Positions 51,386 to 60,392 of a DNA stretch of 64,000 nucleotides are shown here, piece after piece (position 1 is the stretch's first letter; each line of letters begins with the position of its first letter). Both the position numbers and the translations under genes were made by a program. This DNA comes from a virus. The DNA lies in IMG/VR virus record IMGVR_UViG_3300025652_000049, positions 1-64,000 of that record; one strand, 5' to 3'. The notes under the pieces are model-generated. The model searched no databases. It saw only the letters and a list, made by a program, of their open reading frames with translations, and was not told the DNA's origin.

Positions 51386-51721
51386 ATGAGAACTAAATTC
51401 GTACCAGTTACATTAGTAACATCTTCGGACCAGCAAGACGCTATAATGTCTTCAACATTTCCAATCTTCAGCTCTAATGAGTTTAAAGAAACAAGATCTT
51501 CTGTCTTAGAATTCTTAGACTCATGTGTCTATATCACTAGACCTATGAGCATACCTAACCAGTATTCTAAATTTATCAATCGATACTTTCCTGTCTCTGA
51601 AGCAGGAGTAGAATCACTGATAAAGTTTCGTAAGCATAACCGTCAATCGATTAAGCAACGAAACAAAGGCGCTGTTAAAGCGCAAGCTATGTTTGTTCGT
51701 GATATAAAACAAACAGCTTAA
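51386..51721 (+). CDS. Hypothetical protein
   Basis: 111-aa ORF. Confidence 0.6.
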   Translation: MRTKFVPVTLVTSSDQQDAIMSSTFPIFSSNEFKETRSSVLEFLDSCVYITRPMSIPNQYSKFINRYFPVSEAGVESLIKFRKHNRQSIKQRNKGAVKAQAMFVRDIKQTA

Positions 51722-51763
51722 AAACAACAAAGCCCAGTTCTACAGAGAGCTGGGCTTGTTTTC
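51722..51763. terminator. Bidirectional intrinsic terminator
   Basis: AAGCCCAGTTCT/AGAGCTGGGCTT stem with A and T tracts on either side. Confidence 0.75.
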
Positions 51764-51845
51764 ATATATGAAGATAATGTCAATAACCTAAAATATATGA
51801 ACACTACAAATATATGCTATTTATACTTACGAGTTATAACTAGTA

Positions 51846-52250
51846 CTAAAATTCTTTGTGTGTCCATCTACCTAATGGTACATGATATTTACATTCTTTT
51901 TTAAGATTATCCATATCAGGCTTTCCAATGTAATGCATTGCCCAAGGTAGTACTACAAAGTATCTAACCGCATCAATGGTATATTCATTCATAAAGCCAA
52001 TACCTATTAACTTGTTTTTGTCTCGGTGAAATGACTGCTTGTGTTTATAATTATAACTCAAGTAGTCGCCGGGCAAGAACATCTTTTCTACCGTATGACC
52101 TTGCTTTGGTCTACGGTTCCAGACATCCCTCAACAGCTTGTTAGAAGTGGCTGATAGTTGATACATATTATCAATCAATTCATCACTGATAACTCGTGCG
52201 TACTTACTACTGTATTCTTTGAGAAGGGTTCGGACTATTTGTTGTTTCAT
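51846..52250 (-). CDS. Hypothetical protein, lone reverse-oriented gene
   Basis: 134 aa; own TATATTTG -7 element at 52278-52285. Confidence 0.65.
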   Translation of the reverse strand: MKQQIVRTLLKEYSSKYARVISDELIDNMYQLSATSNKLLRDVWNRRPKQGHTVEKMFLPGDYLSYNYKHKQSFHRDKNKLIGIGFMNEYTIDAVRYFVVLPWAMHYIGKPDMDNLKKECKYHVPLGRWTHKEF

Positions 52251-52296
52251 ATTGCTTATTCTAAGTTATTGACACTACAAATATATATAATTCTCG

Positions 52297-52316
52297 GTAA
52301 GCAAGATCTGTTTACC
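52297..52316 (+). repeat. Third copy of GTAAGCRRGATCTGTTTACC motif
   Basis: GTAAGCAAGATCTGTTTACC upstream of gene 52355. Confidence 0.75.
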
Positions 52317-52354
52317 GTACTACATTTATTAATTAATTATTTAATACATTTATT

Positions 52355-52780
52355 ATGAGAAATTTAAGCTTAATGATTGTCGGATTTAAAATAACTAGCT
52401 ATGTATCATCAACACGTAAAGCTAATGTTAGCGTGGTCTTCGGAGAAGAAGGAGACTTGAAGCGTAAGCTATTCAAGAACATGACCATTAGTGGTCTATT
52501 GCGTTCACGTCTGGATAGACAAACGCAAGGATATGAGGTAGGCACTCAATATTTATCTGTAAACAATAGTACAGATTGGAAAGAGAATCCTTTTCAACTA
52601 ATTCGCTATGGTTCTAAAGAATCTCCTGAGTACATGCTTGACTGCGTAGATAAACGCAACAGCAGTAAGAAGGTATCTCAAAGCCCTATCGATGGTAGTA
52701 ATGTTATTACCTATAAGAACAGATGGCACAAGCCAGAGTTTTACTTACGTTACAGAGATAATACTAAAGCTACTGTATAA
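52355..52780 (+). CDS. Hypothetical protein
   Basis: 141-aa ORF. Confidence 0.65.
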   Translation: MRNLSLMIVGFKITSYVSSTRKANVSVVFGEEGDLKRKLFKNMTISGLLRSRLDRQTQGYEVGTQYLSVNNSTDWKENPFQLIRYGSKESPEYMLDCVDKRNSSKKVSQSPIDGSNVITYKNRWHKPEFYLRYRDNTKATV

Positions 52781-52895
52781 TGAAGCATCTAAATAAGACC
52801 GAAAAGGTCTACATAGCCAGCATCGTAGTTATATCTACGGTGCTTGTCGCTGTATGCGCATACAAAATCATTATTCATAATCTAAACATACTCTA

Positions 52896-53408
52896 ATGGC
52901 AAAGCCACTATACCGAATACTAAGTCCTGATGGTTTTGATATTTATCAAAACAAGCTATATCTTAAGTCTGAGATTAACGATGCTTATCAAAAATGGAGC
53001 GATGGCTTCAAACATCAAGGCTATTATAGTTTATTAAGAACTAAAATACCACTTGACAAACTCAAAGACTATTGTATAATAAATAAAACAAGAGCCAAGC
53101 GTTACAAATCTAAAGAGATTTTGAAGCTTGATGATTTGTATGAACTACAAGACTCATTCTGTAGTTCTGGTATTACATTCCAATACAGGTTAACTGCCGG
53201 TGAACTTAAATGGGCAAGACATATTAATGGTAAATACCTTATTGCTGATTTTGTTTTCGAAAATATTGACGAAAACAACATACTTACTTTCTGGGATCCT
53301 GAAGAACTTAAACAAGTTATCGAGGACGATGGCATGCCTCCGAAAGCTGTAATGCTTTCTGATGATACGGCTTTACAGAAATTATTCTTTTGGTTATCGA
53401 ACAATTAA
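52896..53408 (+). CDS. Hypothetical protein
   Basis: 170-aa ORF; LSPDGF...QGYYS N-terminal module. Confidence 0.65.
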   Translation: MAKPLYRILSPDGFDIYQNKLYLKSEINDAYQKWSDGFKHQGYYSLLRTKIPLDKLKDYCIINKTRAKRYKSKEILKLDDLYELQDSFCSSGITFQYRLTAGELKWARHINGKYLIADFVFENIDENNILTFWDPEELKQVIEDDGMPPKAVMLSDDTALQKLFFWLSNN

Positions 53409-53419
53409 ATCTTAAACTT

Positions 53420-53752
53420 ATGGAAACTCTATCAATTGTTTTGACAATACTTTACATTTTAATGAACCTCATCTATATGATTAAAAGCCACAGGTTTTTA
53501 GGTTGTATTTATGGAAAATACAATTCACCCATACATATTCTTTCATTTGTTCTTATATTAGCATACTTCTATGTGATTGTGTTTCGAACAGATTGGTATT
53601 TGTATAATATCATTAGCATTTTAATAGGAGCTCTAATAGGTGCCTGGGCTACATTCTTTGCGAAGCGATTCATAAAACATAACGATCTTGTAGAAAATGC
53701 TTATAAGAATTATACTCATATTAAAAAAGATGATAATGAAATTAACAGCTAG
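53420..53752 (+). CDS. Membrane protein (3 TM)
   Basis: Hydrophobic helices; start METLS. Confidence 0.65.
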   Translation: METLSIVLTILYILMNLIYMIKSHRFLGCIYGKYNSPIHILSFVLILAYFYVIVFRTDWYLYNIISILIGALIGAWATFFAKRFIKHNDLVENAYKNYTHIKKDDNEINS

Positions 53753-53981
53753 GCAAATAATAACCAGCAAGGTCTTACATATCAACGGAACTAATCGCAC
53801 ATATTCAATGACTCCAGAAGGTCAAGTTTATAATCGTTTTACCAAAAAGATTCTCAAAGAGCTTGAGCATTCTTCTGGTAGTGGAAACAAATACGTTTCT
53901 ATTCGAATAGCAAAAGATAAAACTAGCTTCAAGGTTTATATTGATAAATGGCGTAATGAATTGTTTCCTAAAAACTCATAA
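53736..53981 (+). CDS. NUMOD4-like small DNA-binding protein
   Basis: YSMTPEGQVYN...KILK....GNKYVSI pattern; no HNH domain. Confidence 0.5.
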   Translation: MKLTARQIITSKVLHINGTNRTYSMTPEGQVYNRFTKKILKELEHSSGSGNKYVSIRIAKDKTSFKVYIDKWRNELFPKNS

Positions 53982-53985
53982 AATG
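53971..53985 (+). promoter_or_regulatory. Repeated early motif, copy 4
   Basis: AAAACTCATAAAATG. Confidence 0.6.
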
Positions 53986-54146
53986 AAATACATGCATTCT
54001 AAAGCCCTAACTATAGGCAAAAGGATACTAGGGTATCTTTTAACGTCAGGATGGTTTATAATAGCCATCTACTGGATGTCGAGAGCATATATCTGTTAAG
54101 ATATATTCCTTATCTTTGAATATATTAATATATAAATCTATTCAAA

Positions 54147-54518
54147 ATGAGTGCATCTGCAAGAAAAGATTACGGAGCTGGAGCCGTAATCGACCCTTCA
54201 CAAGAAACGGTGAAGCGTATTAACAACATGAATAACCCATATAGTGTTCAGCAACTAGGGTTAGACAAAAGTGATGATAACGGAGCATCGCCTAAATACA
54301 TCGCGATTACATCCGAATCATTAGATGCTTTAACAGCTAACACCAGAGTATTACTTGGTAACCGAGAGGGAGTTGTTAAAAGCGTAAATACACCAGTGGC
54401 AACGCTAGTGGATTGTGTTATCACTATTCGTGATAAAGAAAAAGTTGATATTGACACAACCTACACAAAGGCTGAACTGTTGGCATCACCAATTATATTC
54501 TTTGCGACGAACGCATAG
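54147..54518 (+). CDS. Hypothetical protein in a stand-alone transcription unit
   Basis: TATCTTTG -7 element at 54111-54118; terminator at 54541-54568. Confidence 0.65.
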   Translation: MSASARKDYGAGAVIDPSQETVKRINNMNNPYSVQQLGLDKSDDNGASPKYIAITSESLDALTANTRVLLGNREGVVKSVNTPVATLVDCVITIRDKEKVDIDTTYTKAELLASPIIFFATNA

Positions 54519-54540
54519 AATACATTTTAACTTATGAATT

Positions 54541-54568
54541 AAGCTACCATTCTTTGGTGGCTTTTTTT
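54541..54568 (+). terminator. Intrinsic terminator
   Basis: AAGCTACCA-TTCTT-TGGTGGCTT followed by a T tract. Confidence 0.7.
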
Positions 54569-54586
54569 ATGCAATAAATTATAGCA

Positions 54587-55129
54587 ATGAGTCAAACAAT
54601 TAAAAAGTTAGATCTTCTCAATGAGAAGACAACAGTAGACAACTACCCTTACGGTAGAAAACAATGCGAAATGACATTCGCAGTTGAGCATAAAACAGGT
54701 AAAGGATTTCGTACTTGGAGACAATCCAAGAACCCTACAACTGGTAGATTAAACAAACCAAAGCTTAGTACATACTACAGTTTCTTGGCAATGTATATGA
54801 ATGAAGATAATCACGTAAAATATTACGCGAATAATATTCGAGGTATTGATGATGTTAAAAATCTACAGCAATGGCTTAAAGTACACGCTGATCAGATTAA
54901 TTTAACAGACGAAGAATCACAAACCTTATGGTGTACCATTGTAGCATCGTATAAAATTAGCATGGCTTGGTTCGACTGCAAGGAGGGATTTACTATTAAA
55001 GATGCACTAGAGGCTTCCCCAATCAAAGACCTCATCACTTGCTACGGTTCTCATGCACCTATCCAACAATTAATTGATGTAGAACTAGACCGACCTGAAA
55101 TGGAGGCTATGCGTAAAACTAAATCGTAA
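54587..55129 (+). CDS. Hypothetical protein
   Basis: 180 aa; VDNYPYG...E...GKGFR...NP.TGR.NKPK.STY motif. Confidence 0.65.
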   Translation: MSQTIKKLDLLNEKTTVDNYPYGRKQCEMTFAVEHKTGKGFRTWRQSKNPTTGRLNKPKLSTYYSFLAMYMNEDNHVKYYANNIRGIDDVKNLQQWLKVHADQINLTDEESQTLWCTIVASYKISMAWFDCKEGFTIKDALEASPIKDLITCYGSHAPIQQLIDVELDRPEMEAMRKTKS

Positions 55130-55130
55130 A

Positions 55131-55637
55131 ATGAAAAACCTCATAATAGTTTTATTGTTTACTTGCATGCAAGTAATGCAATCACAGAATGCTGTTGGTT
55201 TTAGCGCAAGCTTAGACAACAAGCTGACATTCCTAGAAGACAATCATGGCAATATGCCATTTACTCTTGACTTATCTACAAAGATGTCGCTACAAGGGTA
55301 TCAGAAAAAGCTAGGTTACTTACAAATTGCTATTAAATATGAATATGCAGATTTGTCTAGTGGAGACTTCCATAGATATGCAGCAGAAGTAGGATACGTA
55401 TTTACCAATGGAGCATTAGGATTAATGCCTTCGGTTGGTTACGGATTTATAGGGCGCGAAAATAGAGGCTCTACTCAATCTTGGGAGTTTGGTATAATGC
55501 CATCGTTCTTAATAATCCCTAACTTAAAGCTTATTGTTGGATTTGTTTGGACAGAGAGAACAGACCTTCTAGGTCAATACAGATTTAATATTAACACAGG
55601 CTTACAATTTGATATAGCCTTAAAAGACTACAGATAA
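55131..55637 (+). CDS. Outer-membrane beta-barrel-like protein
   Basis: Signal peptide ending SQ; about eight amphipathic beta-strands with aromatic girdles (EVGYVF, SVGYGF, NTGLQF). Confidence 0.6.
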   Translation: MKNLIIVLLFTCMQVMQSQNAVGFSASLDNKLTFLEDNHGNMPFTLDLSTKMSLQGYQKKLGYLQIAIKYEYADLSSGDFHRYAAEVGYVFTNGALGLMPSVGYGFIGRENRGSTQSWEFGIMPSFLIIPNLKLIVGFVWTERTDLLGQYRFNINTGLQFDIALKDYR

Positions 55638-55639
55638 CT

Positions 55640-55969
55640 ATGGACAATTTAATATTTATATTAATAGCAATAATATCATTCGCGTTAGGCTTTACAGTAG
55701 CCTCAAGAATGATGAGAGAAAGAATGGAAGAATCTATTGATGCTTTAGACGATTACTATCTTAAGGAAAACCAGAGCTTGATCAGTAAGCTCCATAAAAT
55801 GAGATTGAGAAGAAATGAAATAGTATCATTTGTAGACAGCAGTGAGTTTGCTGACCTGCTCCATAAGTTTCGACATGGAGACAGGGCTAACATTAAACAA
55901 AATGCTGACAGATTCAGAGCATTAAAAATATCATTAATTTCTAAACTAAACGATTATAATGAGAACTGA
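55640..55969 (+). CDS. Single-TM hypothetical protein
   Basis: N-terminal TM. Confidence 0.6.
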   Translation: MDNLIFILIAIISFALGFTVASRMMRERMEESIDALDDYYLKENQSLISKLHKMRLRRNEIVSFVDSSEFADLLHKFRHGDRANIKQNADRFRALKISLISKLNDYNEN

Positions 55970-56609
55970 AACGATAGTGATATACGAGTTTCATGAGCTT
56001 GACATACCTGTTCAACAAAGTCTTGTTGATAAAGTTGAGGTATCCACTGAGTTTATATATCAAGACGCAGAAGAAACTGTCAAATCTTTTTGTAAAGCAT
56101 TTGACGTTAAAACACACATAAACAATTGGCTTCAATTTGCTTGTTGGAATCCTTATCTAGATCACGAATATGAACAAGAAGTTTGTGAGCTTACAGGTAT
56201 GCGATTAAGAACATATCTAATTAATAACTATGGACATGTTTTGTACAAAGGTAAATACTATGGTAACCTTTCTAAAACTCATAAAAATGGAACTCCTATA
56301 CTTGTATGTAAAGCACATCCGGCTGGAATGAGACATATCAAAAGATATTCAAAAGTTATTTTTGAAAGAGATTGTAGTTTAACTGGAGTTTGTTATGACA
56401 TTTCTATAATGAAACCAATTTATAATTTCATTGACAACCCTAATGAAGTTGATACTATCGATGTATTATTTGACAATTGCTTCACTTCACTTGAAATAGA
56501 CATTAAAGGTCAAGAAGATTATTATCATACAGATGATGCTAAAGCGGAGCAAGTAGAGATTAACGATAACGAATATTTAAAAGATGGAACAATATGGATA
56601 AACGAATAG
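55959..56609 (+). CDS. Hypothetical protein
   Basis: 216 aa; IYEFHEL...CSLTGVCYD...EYLKDG. Confidence 0.65.
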   Translation: MRTETIVIYEFHELDIPVQQSLVDKVEVSTEFIYQDAEETVKSFCKAFDVKTHINNWLQFACWNPYLDHEYEQEVCELTGMRLRTYLINNYGHVLYKGKYYGNLSKTHKNGTPILVCKAHPAGMRHIKRYSKVIFERDCSLTGVCYDISIMKPIYNFIDNPNEVDTIDVLFDNCFTSLEIDIKGQEDYYHTDDAKAEQVEINDNEYLKDGTIWINE

Positions 56610-57265
56610 TAAATTTTCTAGGATTTAATTGCATAGTACAAATAGGTGCTTATGGCAATGGTAGAATGGCAATATCATTGGTGTCTAAAAAAGACCATGA
56701 ACCAGTGGCTACAGCAACAGTAAACTTGCCGGCCGAACCTATTATGGGAGGTCATGTTTTCATTAAAGATTATTCTGAAAACAAAGGAATGCTTGATGCA
56801 TTAGTTAGTGCTGGTATTGTTATTTTTGACGAGCATGACCAGCATGCAATTGATACAACAGGACGAAGTGACATGGCTTGGATGGTAAAATATGTACCAC
56901 CAGGACAAATACCTAAACCACCTAAAGCAGAATCAATTCCAAGTCCTGAAACCTTTTTAAAGACATTAGGTTTTAAACCATATATAAATGCTTTTCCTGA
57001 TACACATCAATGGAAAGTTCATGATAATTATATGGACAATGAGTTTTGGATTGTACATGATATTGAGATTCTAATGAAAATAGCATATACTGATTCAACT
57101 AGAAAGGATCAACAAGCATTTGCTAATCTTGTTTCTAATATGCCCAACCTAATTGCATGCACAGAAATATTGCATGACATACAATATGTTGGTGCCGAGA
57201 AAGAAAACTTAGTGGGCCTAATGGTTAGAAACTTTCTAATAGAACTGGGTACTATTAAAAAATGA
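56594..57265 (+). CDS. DUF4313-like N-terminal domain protein
   Basis: YGNGRMAI.L....EP.ATATVNL...FIKDYSEN.G.LD.L..AGI. Confidence 0.5.
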   Translation: MDKRIVNFLGFNCIVQIGAYGNGRMAISLVSKKDHEPVATATVNLPAEPIMGGHVFIKDYSENKGMLDALVSAGIVIFDEHDQHAIDTTGRSDMAWMVKYVPPGQIPKPPKAESIPSPETFLKTLGFKPYINAFPDTHQWKVHDNYMDNEFWIVHDIEILMKIAYTDSTRKDQQAFANLVSNMPNLIACTEILHDIQYVGAEKENLVGLMVRNFLIELGTIKK

Positions 57266-57278
57266 TAAAATATGAAGA

Positions 57279-59813
57279 ATGACACTTAATTTTACAGATG
57301 ATACTGTATATAACTATGAACCTGGGAGCATTGACAACATACGTCGTATGCTCCCTAAGTTATATGAGGAACAAGTTGAAGATGTTCTTAGAGCTGAAAA
57401 CAGATACCTATCAGGTGGAAAAGGATATCTGTTCACAAATGGAACAGGTACCGGAAAAACCTATGTAGGTCTTGGTGTAGCTAAGAGATTTTGGGCTCAA
57501 AACAAAAGAGATATATTGATTGTTGTTCCAACAGAACAGAAGTGTATTGACTGGATTTCAGAAGGTAGTGTTTTAAACCTTACGATATCTATGCTCAAAG
57601 ACACAAACGACGGAGGTAGTTTGTTTTGCGTAACTACTTATGCAAACTTCTACCAGAACGATGCATTGATTATGAGAAATTTTGATTTAATAATATATGA
57701 CGAATCTCATTATTTGAATCAGAACCAACAAGGCAAAGAGACAAGCTACCTATCTAAACACAAGTTAATATCAAAGCTACCATCTGCTTGCAAGGAGTTA
57801 GCAAAGGGTGTTATTTCAGAATACCCGCAGTTTAATGATGGTGATGATTATGAAACTTGGAGATGGCAATTAGATGCTTGGAACAAACAGCTTACTCACC
57901 ATACTGTTAGTCTGGTTGGTAGTACTAAGGTTTTGTTTCTATCAGCAACTCCTTTTGCTTATCACAAGTCTATTAAATATGCTGATGGTTGTTTGTTTGA
58001 TATAAACGAAACCATTAACGAAGGTTATAAGGATCATCCTTCATACAATGAGCCAGTAGGCTTTGACAATTTCCTTGTACAAAACTTTGGATATCGTATG
58101 CGTTACAATAAAGTGACCATACCCGAAAGTGGTGTAGATGTAAATCTTTTAGAACGACAGTTCTTTGAGAAACATAGAGAAATGGGTGTAATGTCTACAA
58201 GAGTTTTAAAGCTTGATGTAGATTATTCTAGAGATTTCATAACCGTAGAAAGTGAGATAGGAACTTTCATTAATAGTGGTATGGAACTTTTTCATCATTC
58301 AGATTTCAGAGAGAAATATAAATACTTATCTGAAGTTGCAAGTAAAAAATACAATTACTTGTATGTGAATCAACTTTTAGAAGCTGTTAAAGCTCAAGAA
58401 GTAATTCCACGAATTCAATCTCATTTAAACTTAGGAAGGAAAGTTGTTATATTTCATGGATATAATAACTCCGTAGTATCACACCCATTTCATTTCGATT
58501 TAGACAAGCTTCTTACATCTGACACTGAATGGATGTTTTCTTTGATTACCAAAGAGATTGCTCGTTTCAATATGGAATATCCTGAATATGTAAATCTTGA
58601 CTTATCTAGGTTAGGAAACACCAGAGAAGTTATCTCTAGTGCATTTTATAATATGAAGCAATACAATGGTACTGTTTCTAAAAAGAAACGGAAAGATTAC
58701 ATAATTGACTTTAATCATGGAGAAACCTATTCTATTCTAGTACAAACTAGAGCAGGTAGAGAAGGTATATCACTACATGATACTGTTGGTGATAAACAGC
58801 GTGTTCTTATCAATCTAGGGCTTCCAGTCGCTCCTACCGAAGCTATTCAAACCGAAGGTAGAATATACAGAAGTGGAAGCAAGAGCGATGCTATCTATGA
58901 ATACATAACGCTTCAAACTAATTTTGAGCGATATGCATTTGCAACCAAGATAGCAGAGAGGTCACGTACTGCCGAAAACCTAGCTATGGGTAACTTAGCT
59001 AGGGATTTACATACTGGCTTTACCGAGGGTTACTTAAACTCTCACTATGAACCTCCTACCTTAGACCAAGGTAAAGGCGGTAAAGAATCAGATAGGCAGT
59101 TGCTAGACATTACAGATTTCGATAGAGCAAAAACATATTATTTTGCTAAAGGAAAGAAAACATCTAGTAATAAGTCTAGAGAAGGTACAGATTACTATGC
59201 GACTCCTGAGCCATTAGGATATAAGATGGCAGAGTGGTTAGATATTAAAGCTGACAAACGAGCATTAGAACCTAGTGCTGGTCATGGTGCAATCGCGAGA
59301 TGGTTTCCTGAACACTGTAACAATACATTTATTGAACCTAGTTATGACTTACAATCACAATTAGTTATCAATTCAGGAAAAGCAAGAGTTATTCAAGACA
59401 GTTTTGAGAACTTTAATAATCATAACAAGTTTGAGTACATAGCAATGAATCCTCCTTTTGGACAAGCTGGTAAAACAGCTATGGAGCATATTGACAAAGC
59501 TGTTACTATGCATATGTTTCGATATAGTCAAGAAGGATCTAAGTTGCTTGCTATCGTGCCTCAAGGTAATTCAATGCAAAAGAGATTAGATGCTTTTTAT
59601 GAAAGCGTTCTCTTTGATGATTTCATAATGACAGGTGAAATTATATTACCTAGTTGCACATTCTCTAGAGCAGGAACTAATGTACATTGTAAAATAATAC
59701 GAATAGTACATAAAAATACTCCTGGTGCAACATACAATCTAAAGTCAAAGGATTTTAGTTACTGTAAAGACATCGGAGAATTCTTCGATGAAATAGAACA
59801 TTTTAATTTTTAG
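57279..59813 (+). CDS. SF2 (strawberry-notch-like) helicase fused to C-terminal N6-adenine DNA methyltransferase
   Basis: TGTGKT, DESH, SAT, GREGISL, QTEGRIYR; then YYATP, LEPSAGHGAI, MNPPF. Confidence 0.85.
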   Translation: MTLNFTDDTVYNYEPGSIDNIRRMLPKLYEEQVEDVLRAENRYLSGGKGYLFTNGTGTGKTYVGLGVAKRFWAQNKRDILIVVPTEQKCIDWISEGSVLNLTISMLKDTNDGGSLFCVTTYANFYQNDALIMRNFDLIIYDESHYLNQNQQGKETSYLSKHKLISKLPSACKELAKGVISEYPQFNDGDDYETWRWQLDAWNKQLTHHTVSLVGSTKVLFLSATPFAYHKSIKYADGCLFDINETINEGYKDHPSYNEPVGFDNFLVQNFGYRMRYNKVTIPESGVDVNLLERQFFEKHREMGVMSTRVLKLDVDYSRDFITVESEIGTFINSGMELFHHSDFREKYKYLSEVASKKYNYLYVNQLLEAVKAQEVIPRIQSHLNLGRKVVIFHGYNNSVVSHPFHFDLDKLLTSDTEWMFSLITKEIARFNMEYPEYVNLDLSRLGNTREVISSAFYNMKQYNGTVSKKKRKDYIIDFNHGETYSILVQTRAGREGISLHDTVGDKQRVLINLGLPVAPTEAIQTEGRIYRSGSKSDAIYEYITLQTNFERYAFATKIAERSRTAENLAMGNLARDLHTGFTEGYLNSHYEPPTLDQGKGGKESDRQLLDITDFDRAKTYYFAKGKKTSSNKSREGTDYYATPEPLGYKMAEWLDIKADKRALEPSAGHGAIARWFPEHCNNTFIEPSYDLQSQLVINSGKARVIQDSFENFNNHNKFEYIAMNPPFGQAGKTAMEHIDKAVTMHMFRYSQEGSKLLAIVPQGNSMQKRLDAFYESVLFDDFIMTGEIILPSCTFSRAGTNVHCKIIRIVHKNTPGATYNLKSKDFSYCKDIGEFFDEIEHFNF

Positions 59814-59818
59814 AAATT

Positions 59819-60058
59819 ATGGCAAATACATTGAATAGTAGAGAATCTATAAAAGGATTTGATTTTGAATATAGTAAAGAACATAACTTCTACGAGTGTA
59901 GAGGTGAAGTGATGTACGACGATGACCACGATCAAATGCCTGAACCAGCTCTTTGGAGAGCTGCTGGAATATTAATTGAAAGACTAAAAGAAAGAGGTAT
60001 CCAATCTCTTCGTAATCATTCTGAAAAAGGATGGGTAGAAGTTTTAATAAATGATTAG
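59819..60058 (+). CDS. Hypothetical protein
   Basis: 79-aa ORF. Confidence 0.6.
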   Translation: MANTLNSRESIKGFDFEYSKEHNFYECRGEVMYDDDHDQMPEPALWRAAGILIERLKERGIQSLRNHSEKGWVEVLIND

Positions 60059-60266
60059 TGGTTCTGATATCTTATACCTTCAAATAAACAAGAAGGTCAT
60101 TGTATTGAATCACCAATGCAAAACAGAAAACGGTATTGAAAGTGATGAAGATTTTACTGTCTCTAAAATAATAGGGAATTATGAACAACTGGAAATAGTA
60201 AACCAGTACAATCAAAAATATATTATTAATCCAAATCAAATAATAAATAATATATATGGCAAATAA
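60051..60266 (+). CDS. Hypothetical protein
   Basis: 71-aa ORF. Confidence 0.55.
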   Translation: MISGSDILYLQINKKVIVLNHQCKTENGIESDEDFTVSKIIGNYEQLEIVNQYNQKYIINPNQIINNIYGK

Positions 60267-60390
60267 TATAGTACCAAGTCCAATGAGTGATGCTTTTCAC
60301 GATTGGCTAGAACAATGCCCTAACGGATGGGTTCGATTAGATGTTCATGAAGATTGGGTAGATTATCAATTTGATATAAAAGAAAAATAA
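60256..60390 (+). CDS. Small hypothetical protein, 44 aa (not in ORF track)
   Basis: MANNIVPSPMSDAFHDWLEQCPNGWVRLDVHEDWVDYQFDIKEK fills the operon gap. Confidence 0.55.
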   Translation: MANNIVPSPMSDAFHDWLEQCPNGWVRLDVHEDWVDYQFDIKEK

Positions 60391-60392
60391 TT

